DNA of 64,000 nt from Macrostomum hystrix (Eukaryota > Animalia > Platyhelminthes): assembly GCA_950097015.1 (NCBI GenBank), contig CATNEN010000008.1, positions 2,418,001 through 2,482,000 of the forward strand, in the 5' to 3' direction. Below are positions 46,853-58,000 of the stretch, in pieces. Below the pieces are notes generated by a model, which was not told the DNA's origin, did not search any database, and saw nothing but the letters and a program-made list of their open reading frames with translations. How positions within the stretch are numbered: position 1 is the first letter of the stretch; every line of letters starts with the position of its first letter. Both the position numbers and the translations under genes were made by a program.

Positions 46853-47212
46853 CTATCTATCTATCTATCTGCAGGGGGGCCCGGGGCACTTGTCGCACAA
46901 GCGACGGAGCGGCACGCCCCCAGACCGGCGAACTAGGCGCTTTTGCGCCCATCGCGCCGCCTCCCCTGAGCAGGCACCACACACAGCAGCACAGACCAGC
47001 CGGGGAGGGCAGGAGGCACCCAGAATAGGCAGCAGTGTCCCCCACCCCCGCCCCAAACGCACAGAGCAGACCAAGCCAGGGCGGAAGGCTGATAAGAAAT
47101 CAGTCCTCAGGGGGGGGGGCCGGGTGATGAGTGTACACTTATCCAATCGCGCTGACGGAATTCCAGAGAACGCGCGGCGGTGTACACCCGCCCTCCAGCA
47201 GCCACCCCCGCA
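46853..47212 (-). mobile_element. 5'-truncated SINE D copy with an (AGAT)n tail
   Basis: Reverse-complement match to about 21526-21854. A 13-bp TSD ATGCTACCACCTT lies at 46840-46852 and 47213-47225. Confidence 0.85.
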
Positions 47213-48490
47213 ATGCTACCACCTTAGCAATCCATGCTACCTCTTCAATAATTTATGCTATACCCTCTCACTAATTTATGCTACTCGGTCGATTAATCAT
47301 GGCATGCTACCCCTTTCTTTGCATAAAATTTAGCTTTCATGTACTCGTAGCTAACCGAAAGCGCTTACATTTAAATTCGTACCCAATTAAAGCCTAATAA
47401 AGAATAAAATAGAAACAGTGATCTATTATTAAAAGAGTAAGTCATGACAAAAGATTAGAAGAAAAGAAGGAGTAAAAAATAACAAAACTGATGCTGAAAT
47501 TCGACTTGCATTCTGCAAAAAATACTTAACTTCGGAGCTAGATGAAAAGAAAGATCTCTGGGGTCTGCATACGAGGCTCCCAGGGTCTCCCGGTGGGCCA
47601 ATAAAAGATCGGTTGTTGCCATGACCGTGTGACACCCAGGGGGCTCAGCAAGCCATGCTATAGCTGGTTGAGGCGGTGTGATATGACAATATATTTGATC
47701 ATTAGATTGAATAGCCAACTAAAACCATGCACCGCATTCGCTCTGAGGACACGTATATACGTACGTTTACTCGAGTCGTCCTTTGCTATATTCACCTAAC
47801 TAAACTAATCTTACAAATCCCTCTCTACGGCCTCTCATTCACCATCTCCATATCCTCTTCCTGCGTGCTTCTTAAAATTTATTGTATCCGGGCAAAAAAT
47901 AAGAAGGAAATCTTAACAGGAGCATACAAAGAGCTTGCACAACTAAAGCACAACTAAATTAAGCGTTTGGACATAAAATGTATACTCTCGTCATTGCATA
48001 GGTTTATGAAATTCCCGCTTTTTATGATTATTAAAAATGTTTTGATTACTTTGTTTTATTATTTAAATTAATGCTTATGTTTTTACAAAAGTTCTAGTAA
48101 GACACACACTGATATTTGTTTAAATGTAGTACATCGATATTTCTTTGCACCAATTTGAATCAATGGCGGCGACGTGGAGAACAAATATTAATTAAGACAC
48201 AACGTTATAATCATTTGCGAAAATTGTTAAGCAGCTGAACTACTTTTTATTCGTTTGTGTCAACCGAACCGTGCACAAATATCTGGCAAACATTCCTGAA
48301 TGCTCAATTACTTAATTCATACATTTACAGGTAGACGATACTCAGTAGCATTACGCGAGAAGTATTTATAAAGATGAAAAAATAAGAATTAAGAATTTCA
48401 CTTACAACCCACCAGCCATTATTAAAAAATCATCTCTAACTGCACTGAGTACTTTTTTCGACTGAAACTTTTGTATTCAAGAAAAAAATA

Positions 48491-51400
48491 ATGGACTTCA
48501 AAAGACTTACTGGTGGAATTACATCTTCTATAAACCGAGCAGTTCAGGTAGGATTAATATTATGACACCAGAATTATATGTAGAATTCATATACATATTG
48601 TGAAATTATATTGTTATATTTAATTATATAGCAAAATATTTGCATCATGTGCATATATTTAATAAAAGTATGGTATTCTAGCTATTCAACATAGAATTAT
48701 ATTTTTGGCTTAGCTTTTCTTAATAGAACAGTTATATATTTTTTCTATTATATAATATTATTGTTAATATTATTATATATTATTATTTTTATTATTATTA
48801 TATTAATTCTATTATATAATCTTCTAATGTATAATTTATTATTCTTTTAGCATAGTTATATACTCGTACTATGCTATAATTTAGTTGACAAAAGCTATAA
48901 GGAGATGGCTATTAAAAAAATCTTAAATGCATACTTTCACTGTAAATCCTGTGAGTTTGAGTGAACAATGTAAATATGTTTGTTTTTTTAATTATAAAAT
49001 AAGCACTTTCGGAAGCCCTTCAAAAAAAAATACACTACACTGCTCCTGTATCAGTTCTATATTTTTCGCCTGTTAAAAAATTACTAGAATAATTTTGGGC
49101 CAACAACAAACGATCATGCTTTAAAAATCCCAATTCCAACCTGATTCTGGTACTCGTTTAACAGCTGGGTGATCTGAAGTAATCCGTTGTTGATTGAAGA
49201 CACAACATAAAGACACAACTATTGTTGTCTGGAATCCAATCTACGACCTTAAAGTCGTGAGTCCGTCGCTTTCGACTGAAGGCTGATCGTGGCGCTTTTT
49301 AATTTATTGTTATCTATTAACAGTAGGACTACCAAGCCATTTTGCCGTCCGTTTTTATACCAAGGGGGGAGAATTCCCCCCCCTGAAAATGTTTTCGCCA
49401 GCGCCTGAATGCTTTGGTGGTGACTGATTGGTTGACAGACTAGTCGAGGGTGTCCTGTCGTTGAGCTGCGCCTAACAGTTAGGCTTGAACAGTGAAATTG
49501 GAGAAATTCGCGTCAGGGTGTCCATAGTAGCCTAGTTCCACCTGTTGTAGCTCTTGAAGGTCTAGATAGATAAGAGAGATAGATCTAGATAAAGGTCGGT
49601 GACCGCCGAAGTCGGAGATGATGCAGGAACATTAGGGTGACGTGCTGATAAAGTTTGAAGGTCTGGAAAGGCCGCACTGAGGCGCAGTGCAAATTCGTGT
49701 ATAGGGGTGTATGAAATACACTAGCTCTTATGGGAAACATCGGACCTTCGGCCAGAAAAATTGAATATCTCGACGTTCTGAAGAGCTGGCGACTTGTTTC
49801 TTGTTTCAAAAGATGCGCAACAAAAAGTTGGCCCGTGTTCTTGAGTTTCGTGTGCTTGCATTGTTCCGTTCGGGTGCAGCAAAAAAAATTGTCAGGGGGG
49901 GGAATTCCCCCCCTTGGTAGTTCTACTGTTAATGAGCTAATAAAAGTGGCTAGCATCTACAAACGCATCCGCCCCTGTGCATCGCCCAGTTAACAGAGGA
50001 GAAACTCGGTCAGGCAGAGCGCACCGAGTATGACACTGAGTTCGAATCCCTCCTGTTGCTAGCCGACCGCTCGGAGAAGTGGACGGAGCGCATGGCCAAG
50101 GCGGCCGAGGCTGTGATGCAGCCCAACCCAGCGTACAGGGTGGAAGACTATCTGTGCGACAAGCTGGACACGGCCGGCCGGCGTCGGGATCGTCCGACGC
50201 CGTTGGAGGAGTTCGGCAGCGCCCTGGTGGCTGCTGGCACCGAGCTTGGCGGCATCGGCGTCGACAGCGGCAGCGGCGGCGGAGGGCTTCGGTTCTCTGC
50301 TCAGGTTGCTCGCTAAAGCTTTTTCAGCCAAAAAACCAAACACTTTTGTGCAAAAAACTGAATAGATAAAAGTAGATTGTTGTGTATGGCTGCCCAGTCC
50401 ATGAACTGGTGGACCACCTCACCCACGCAAATTTCTAGCAAGCCAGATGCACTGTCGGGGGTTGAATGGCAGAGCGGTTAACGCGTTTGGTTCTCGCACC
50501 AAGGTCCTGAGCTCGATTCCGCGGCGAGGCCGTATTCATTTGGGATGTAGCGGGGGAGAGAAGGCTTGTGGTCTTGTCGTGTAATTTGCTCCCTTGAGGG
50601 TCAACCAAGGTACAGTGAGAGAGTGTACACTGCCTGACGATGAAAAAGTCATGACACATCAGACTGTGTGCCTGAGTACAGTATCTGTGTGCGTGTGTGC
50701 CTAGGACTCAGCGAATGGCCTCCTCTATGGCTGCGGGTCTAGTGTCACTAAATGATGTGCCAGTACCCGCAGCCCGCAATGCAAGTTATTATATATTCTT
50801 ATTACTAATGAACTGTCAACGAAATATGGAATGAGCATTTGAATTTCAGCAAATTAATGAATCCTTTTTGCTGAACATCCCGAAGACCACATCAAACGGT
50901 GCAGCGGCCACGGCGCGCTATTCTTGCTGCCTGAGCCAGGCCGGCCACGCTGAGCTGCGCCTCGCTCAGCTGGAGGCCGAATTTGCTGCCACCTGCGGCG
51001 CCGCCTTCGTTAAGCCGCTGCGCGATCATTTGGCCGGCGATGCGCGCTCGTTGAAACGCGAACGACGTCTGCTGGAGAACTTCCGGCTGGATCTGGACTC
51101 GGCTAGGACTAGGCTACGGCGATCCGGTGACGATGCGTCAAGGAGATCGGTGAGACCACATGGGAGATGCGAGATGAAGTAGTCTCATGTGTTTTTGTAT
51201 CTTGCCTTAAATCTTGGACTTAAATCTTGCCGATATGTATCGAAAAATGCCAGGCGGAACTTGAGTGCGACAAGATGGAGGCGGAGTTTGAGCAGCAGCT
51301 GCGGGTCACGCGTCTGCTGTTGGAGGGCATTAATGCTACTCACGTGAGAATATTGCCGGGGATAAACTGTTTTGCTTGCTGGCACGCTGTCGCTGTTTTA

Positions 51401-52339
51401 GCTTTATGGAATACGGTTAGAAATTAAGTAATCAGTCTAGGATTTATGTAATCCGTTTAGGATTTAAGATGAGGAGGAGGTAGAGGAGGTTGTAGTCTAG
51501 TGGTTAGAGCGTCGGACTCACGACCTGAAGGTGGTGGGTTCATTTCCCGACTGCATTGGAACAATCTGTGTCTTTTAGCAAGACGCTTAACTCTGCATTG
51601 CTTCAGTTCACCCAGCTGTTAAATGGGTTCCAGCATCAGCTGGGGTAATTGAGGGTGGGTGAGGCGTCCCTCCAGTCCATGGACTGAACAGCCGTACGCA
51701 GCCTTCAGATGCGCTACGCAATAGCTGCGGCTGTGCTGTCGGCTGCACATCTGGCCCGATTGGGGCAGGTGTAATCGATTGTTATTATTATCATTATGAG
51801 GATTTAAGTAATCGGTTTAGGATTTCGATAACGTTCTTTGAATTTAGGTAATCTGTCTAGGATTTAGGTAATCTGTTTAGGATTTAGGTAATCTGTTTAG
51901 GATTTAGGTAATCTGTCTAGGATTTAGGTAATCTGTTTAGGATTTAGGTAATCTGTTTAGGATTTAGGTAATCTGTCTAGGTTTGGATTTTTTGATCCGT
52001 TTTATAATTCAGACCGTCCATTTAGTTTTTAGGATAGGAGCAAAGATTAGGATAAAGATAATCCGCTTAATATTCTCTGATTAGCTCATTGCCCTTCCAC
52101 AAATCAGGACTATCACCTGAACTGTTTGAACGAGCTAATCGCAGCTCAAATCAAATATCACTCGGAGAGTGCCGATCGGCTGAAACAGCTCCGCCAGCAA
52201 ATGGAGAGCAAGGTTTGCCGAACTGTGAATTGCTATTTTGACGTTTGCCTACTTACAGTAAACGTAACGTAAATGAAACGTAAAACGATCTCCTTTTTAC
52301 CATTTTTTGCAGGAGGCCGGCAGTGATTGGTCAGACTAA
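48491..52339 (+). CDS. SH3GLB1: Endophilin-B-like N-BAR protein, apparently without SH3 (about 297 aa)
   Basis: Exons 48491-48547, 49990-50304, 50850-51149, 51254-51343, 52108-52212 and 52313-52339, all phase 0. Motifs RAVQ|LTEEKLGQAERTEYD, MQPNP, RLDLDSARTRL, VTRLLLEGINATH and HLNCLNELIAAQ match endophilin B. SH3GLB1 versus SH3GLB2 orthology is not resolved. Confidence 0.9.
49130..49290 (-). mobile_element. Degenerate SINE A fragment
   Basis: The minus strand has GGACTCACGAC...TCACCCAGCTGTTAAACGAGTACCAG. Confidence 0.55.
49321..49928. mobile_element. MITE with TTAA target-site duplication (608 bp)
   Basis: ttaa|CAGTAGGACTACCAAG ... CTTGGTAGTTCTACTG|ttaa, plus subterminal palindromes GGGGGG(A)GAATTCCCCCC. 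Confidence 0.75.
50457..50765 (+). mobile_element. SINE family C copy with an intact tRNA-like head
   Basis: A-box TGGCAGAGCGG, B-box-like GCTCGATTCC, then the family C body. Confidence 0.75.
51425..51985. repeat. 20-bp minisatellite interrupted by SINE A
   Basis: Unit GATTTAGGTAATCTGTTTAG. Confidence 0.8.
51485..51797 (+). mobile_element. SINE family A copy (CORE-like), inserted in a 20-bp minisatellite
   Basis: Close match to 18419-18730. Confidence 0.85.
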
Positions 52340-52843
52340 CTGACAGTCGCAAATTTTCTAAACATACTAAATCTAACAGTTTATTCAGTGCTTTAAACTT
52401 CTAGAACGTGTTTGTTTATCTGCGTACATTTTCGCTCACGTCTTCCATGTGTTGCGCAATATCAAGAATCTCTCATCTTTAAGCGATCTCCTTTTAGTAG
52501 AAGTAGTTGTATGTAACGGATATTTTTAACTCCTTTTGTCTAAAAATTTGTCGAAAATGCCAAAAACTAGCCAAAGTTTTCCTTACGCTAACTGTAAATG
52601 CTAGTAACCTGTATAGGGTTTGTTCGTTTTTTTACGATTTTGTTTTTAAACGACAGTATTTGACATTTTTATCAGATTGTGACGGTTCTGCTGTCTGTTG
52701 CTAAACAGTAAAAATACAAAAAAGTTTTTTGTCGAAAAAATTACAACACGTTTCTCTAAAGATTTAGCTTTTTTATTCAGAAACCTGATTGTATAATAAA
52801 AATGGAATTTTTCACGCTAATTTAGCCCACAGATCCTATATAC

Positions 52844-53966
52844 CAGGGGTCGGCAAACTCCGGCCCACGGGCCAGATGCGGCCCTCGAAGCTCCCAAATC
52901 CGGCCCGTTGCCCCTTCTGACATCTATAGTGTCCTGTTTCATCTCTCCCCTGTCTAATCTCTCCTGTGTCTCATCTCTCCCCTGTCTAATCTCTCCTGTG
53001 TCTCATCTCTCCAGTGTCTCATCTCTCCTGTGTCTAATCTCTCCCGTGTCTCATCTCTCTTGTGTCTAATCTCTCCCGTGTCTTATCTCTCCCGTATCTC
53101 ATCTCTCCTGTGTCTAATCTCTCCCGTGTCTTATCTCTCCTGTGTCTCTTCTCTCCCGTGTCTCATCTCTCCCCTGTCTAATCTCGCCTGTGTCTCATCT
53201 CTCCCGTGTCTAATCTCTCCTGTGTCTAATCTCTCCCGTGTCTCATCTCTCCCCTGTCTAATCTCTCCTGTGTCTCATCTCTCCCCTGTCTAATCTCTCC
53301 TGTGTCTCATCTCTCCCGTGTCTCTTCTCTCCCGTGTCTTATCTCTCCCGTGTCTCATCTCTCCTGTGTCTAATCTCTCCCGTGTCTCATCTCTCTTGTG
53401 TCTAATCTCTCCCGTGTCTTATCTCTCCCGTATCTCATCTCTCCTGTGTCTAATCTCTCCCGTGTCTTATCTCTCCTGTGTCTCTTCTCTCCCGTGTCTC
53501 ATCTCTCCCCTGTCTAATCTCGCCTGTGTCTTATCTCTCCCGTGTCTAATCTCTCCTGTGTCTAATCTCTCCCGTGTCTCATCTCTCCCCTGTCTAATAT
53601 CTCCTGTGTCTCATCTCTCCCGTGTCTCATCTCTTCCGTGTCTCATCTCTCCCGTGTCTCTTCTCTCCCGTGTCTCATCTCTCCCCTGTCTAATCTCGCC
53701 TGTGTCTCATCTCTCCCGTGTCTAATCTCTCCTGTGTCTAATCTCTCCCGTGTCTCATCTCTCCCCTGTCTAATATCTCCTGTGTCTCATCTCTCCCGTG
53801 TCTCATCTCTTCCGTGTCTCATCTCTCCCGTGTCTCATCTCTCCCGTGTCTCATCTCTCCCGTGTCTCATCTCTCCCCTATCTCATATTTATACAGTCAA
53901 TGCGGCCCGCTGTCGTCTTTTAGGTTCTCTCTTTGGCCCGCCAGCAAATAAGTTTGCCTACCCCTG
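52844..53966. mobile_element. hAT-type MITE with an internal 15-bp minisatellite
   Basis: TIRs CAGGGGTCGGCAAACT / AGTTTGCCTACCCCTG and a perfect 8-bp TSD CTATATAC. The interior (about 52935-53880) is (TGTCTCATCTCTCCC)n. Confidence 0.92.
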
Positions 53967-55040
53967 CTATATACACTAGATGGTTCACTCAGAGGCTAAT
54001 GGAAGTGAACCATCCAGTGTAAATAGGATCTGTGGACTTAACTGGCGTGCAAAATGGTATAGTATTTATTAAAAGTACAATCAAGAGACTCTACACGACC
54101 GTTACAGATCAGGGGTTTCAGTAAAAAAGTTTAATTCGCCATTTTTACTCAGCTCTAACTTGGAGGTAGCTTGAATGACAGAAAATAATATTGCGAGCCA
54201 TAACGAGTATGAACAAATGAACTATTAAATTTGTTGAACTGATCGTCGTCTTAATAATCTAGAATTAGTTTTTTCAGAAAGGAAAATGCCACAATGGGTT
54301 ACATGAGGAGGGTGACACGATTTTGGTGAAAAAGCGATCGTAGGGACCAAAATGGATAAGTAATCACAAAGGGGAATAAAATACACGATGAGATGGCTGT
54401 TGTCTTGTCTGTTAGTCAATAGCTTAGCAGGCGGCTGTGAATCAATTTCAGTCAAATCCACGTTGGCTGCACGTTTCTCAATTGAAGCTCTGAAAAATAC
54501 CGGGGGTATAATATGCTTTTGATATTGAGCCACAGTAGAAATATCACGGGGATATATCAAACACAATTCTCTTTTTTCTTTATCTCCCAGAAAAATCAAC
54601 CAATCGCATTGAAAATTCAGAAAACGGGCTAAGATTTTCGCTCTATCCGATTAAACAACTTCCAGAATAACAAAGATATTCAACGACTCGGCGGGGTATC
54701 TGGTGGGAAAACCACCAAATATTTCTGCTCACAGAACTCCATCATGTAACCATGTCGGCTACATGTGGAGCATTTTAGATTGATAAAATTTTGATTTATT
54801 TTTCATTTTGAATCAATAGGGATTCGCTATAGAGGTTCATCGTACATAAGTGCAGCGGTATCCCCAGTCCACGGACTGAACGCAAGCCTTGCGAAACGCC
54901 GCCCCCATAGCTGCTTCTGTGCCACTGACTGTACATCAGGCCATCTAACCACCATTGATTCACAAGCCCCCTAGTGTTTTAAGAACCTATTGTGATGCCA
55001 ATCAGAACCTACCTGAGCCTGAGCTCGGGTCCGACTCGTT

Positions 55041-58000
55041 TTACGGCACCGTTTGCGGTTGGCTATCGCGGACTCCTCCGATGCCCCGACTGGCATCTCC
55101 GGTGGCCGCCTCCGCCGAGTCAGCACGCTTCCTCCAGTGGCGCCTCCGTCTCTGCTGCCGCTGACGCTGCTGCCTCTCCAGTCGCCGAAGCCGCCGACGT
55201 TCACGACACTTCTCGTCCCGACATGGCCGACGCCGGCGACCCCGGCCGCGTCTGTCGCCGTTTCTGCCGCGACTTACCGACGATGCCTTGCCGCCGATTC
55301 GCATTCGCGGTGCTTCATCGCTGACGGCTCGACGCAGCGGGTCGGCCGGTAGGTCATCCGCGGCCGCGGCGCCCGTGTTGAACAGCCGGAGCTCGTGGCG
55401 CCGATCGGTGACTGACGATTTGTCAACATCCGGGATCTGCGGCCGCTTAGAATCGTACAGAATCGGCTTGCTCTGCTGCTGAATTTGTTGGTGAAAGGAA
55501 AACAAAAAACAATATTAATAACAATATATAACAATATAACAATAATAAAGAACAGCAATCTTTTTAAAAAAAAGATTGATAAATCCGAGGAGAGCAGCAC
55601 AATACCTTCTGCTTCCAGTCCGTCATGCACACCGAGTCCATGGGCGTCCCGTCTGCCCTTAGCCAGCAGAATCGTCCGTCAGTTCCCTGTCATAATAACA
55701 GACTAATACGAGTTACTGCTAACAAGTAGGACTATTTGAGTATCGCTCCTAACGGAAAGTACTTACCGGCGGTCCCTCCTTTCCTGGCGGTCCCCTGCGC
55801 CCGCGCTTGCCTCTGTCGCCTGGCTCTCCCTGCATTTAGTCAGAATTTTTCAAATAGAGAAAGCATGTCTTTATTAACCTACTTATTAAGTAGAAATATA
55901 CGATTTATTTCTAGATTTTTAATATGAAGTCGCTGCACAGATAGGATCTACCTTGGTTCCCGGGGATCCTGAATCGCCCTGAAAAAATCATTCTCAAAGA
56001 TGCAAATTTTATTTTAATAACGGATAAAATTAAAATTAGCTGTAAGACGCATCTCACGTGTTTTCCATTGAGTCCAGGTCTGCCCTGAAAGATGTAAAAT
56101 GTTTTGGTAGATGAGTTGCAAATCGTAGAAGTGAAAATTTTTTTTATAATTCTAGGAGAAAAGAGGTGAGTTAGCTATTCTCGCAGTTTTTTTTAATCTT
56201 ATTGACAGTTAACTTACATCAAACAAGACAGATTGTGAGCTTGTGAAAGCAAATCAAAATCTATACTTAAAAAAGCAAAACAGTTCATTATCAGCTGTTA
56301 GCAAGAGGCTTCAAATCATGTTTTTGTTATTTAGCTGCGATATAAAATGTATAGAAACTTTTTTGATGAGTAAGTAAGAAATTATGAAGGAGTTATCCAC
56401 GTTGTTTGGATTGCCTTACGGGTAGTCCAACATGACCTGCTTTTCCAACCTGACCCTTTAGGAAAAAATATGTTAACACAAATTCATGTTAAGATCAGCT
56501 AAACTGAACAATTCGATTAAATGATTGGAAAAAGTGCAAATCACCAGTTTCCAAGCCCAGAATAAACTTCGACCAGGAGAAAAGTGTGTCACTTTTTTCA
56601 GAACCAACGAGTCGATAGGCTGAGCTTACGACTTTCGTCCCACTAATTCTGAAGCGATAATTGCTAGATACAGAATTTCAGCTGGTGTAGAATGTGTCAG
56701 TTGCTATGCAATTTATTGATTAGACTTGTCATTTGAGGCGGAGGTTTAGGAATCGAGATAGTAATGTTAAAATCTGTTCTTTGCGCATGTACTTTTTAAA
56801 TCGATCTAAACAATTATCTATTTGAAAACTTCACAGAAATGCCTCACCTCTGGTCCCTGTCGACCGGGGAAACCGGGAGATCCGGGCATGCCCGTTGCTC
56901 CCTTGTCACCTTTGGGTCCGGGTGGACCGGCTGGTCCCGGGATCTGGAGTTGGGTCGTGCGTCGAGAGTAGTCAATTTTGGCCTACTTTTAGATATTCGA
57001 TGAAAAACTTCAGGAAAGGCGATTGTGCTTACAAGCTTCACATCTTTACCGCCAGTGTCCAATGTGCGAATAACTGCCTGGAATACATGTAAAAAGGTTT
57101 GAGAGTTGAATCGTCAGAGTCATTTTTCTTTAAATTGGGGCAGGATGCTAGTCTAGTAGCACTAAAATGGGGCAGGATGCTAGTCTAGTAGCACTAAAAT
57201 GGGGCAGGATGCTAGTCTAGTAGCACTAAAATGGGGCAGGGAGCTAGTCTAGTAGCAATAAAATGGGGCAGGGCGCTAGTCTAGTAGCACTAAAATGGGG
57301 TTGAGTGCTAGTCTAGAAGCACTAAAATGGGGCAGGGCGCTAGTCTAGTAGCACTAAAATGGGGTTGTTTGCTAGTCTAGTAGCACTAAAATGGGGCAGG
57401 GCGCTAGTCTAGTAGCACTAAAATGGGGCAGGGCGCTAGTCTAGTAGCACTAAAATGGGGTTGTTTGCTAGTCTAGTAGCACTAAAATGGGGCAGGGCGC
57501 TAGTCTAGTAGCACTAAAATGGGGCAGGGCGCTAGTCTAGTAGCACTAAAATGGGGCAGGGCGCTAGTCTAGTAGCACTAAAATGGGGCAGGGCTCTAGT
57601 CTAGTGACACTAAATTCGGTCAGGTTACACCAACTTACAGCAGGTCCCGGTTCGCCTTTTTCGCCTTTGACTCCGTGAGTTCCCGGCTTACCGCTGGCTC
57701 CAGGCAGACCGTGCAGGCCCTTACGTTCGTTACATTATTTTGTTGGATAAAAATACTGACGATTGATTTCGATCGTCAAAAGTCTGTGGCCTAAGCCGCA
57801 GCTGCTGCGAAGCTGCGCTGAGCTGCTGCATGCAGATCTATGGCTGTCTTCATTTTGATTGTCCATCTTCTCATATTGATTGTCAAGACCAATACTAGTG
57901 TTTTCTAATTAGATAGAGCTGTCACTCACCGGTTCGCCTTTGTCACCTTTAGCGCCTGGAAAGCCAATCATGCCGTCCGGTCCCAGGGGTCCTCGAATTC

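Noticed and set aside
53030-53979. Cys/Leu/Ser-rich ORFs (LSRVSSLPCLISPV)n, also at 15019-15710
   Set aside because: Translation of the MITE-internal 15-bp minisatellite.
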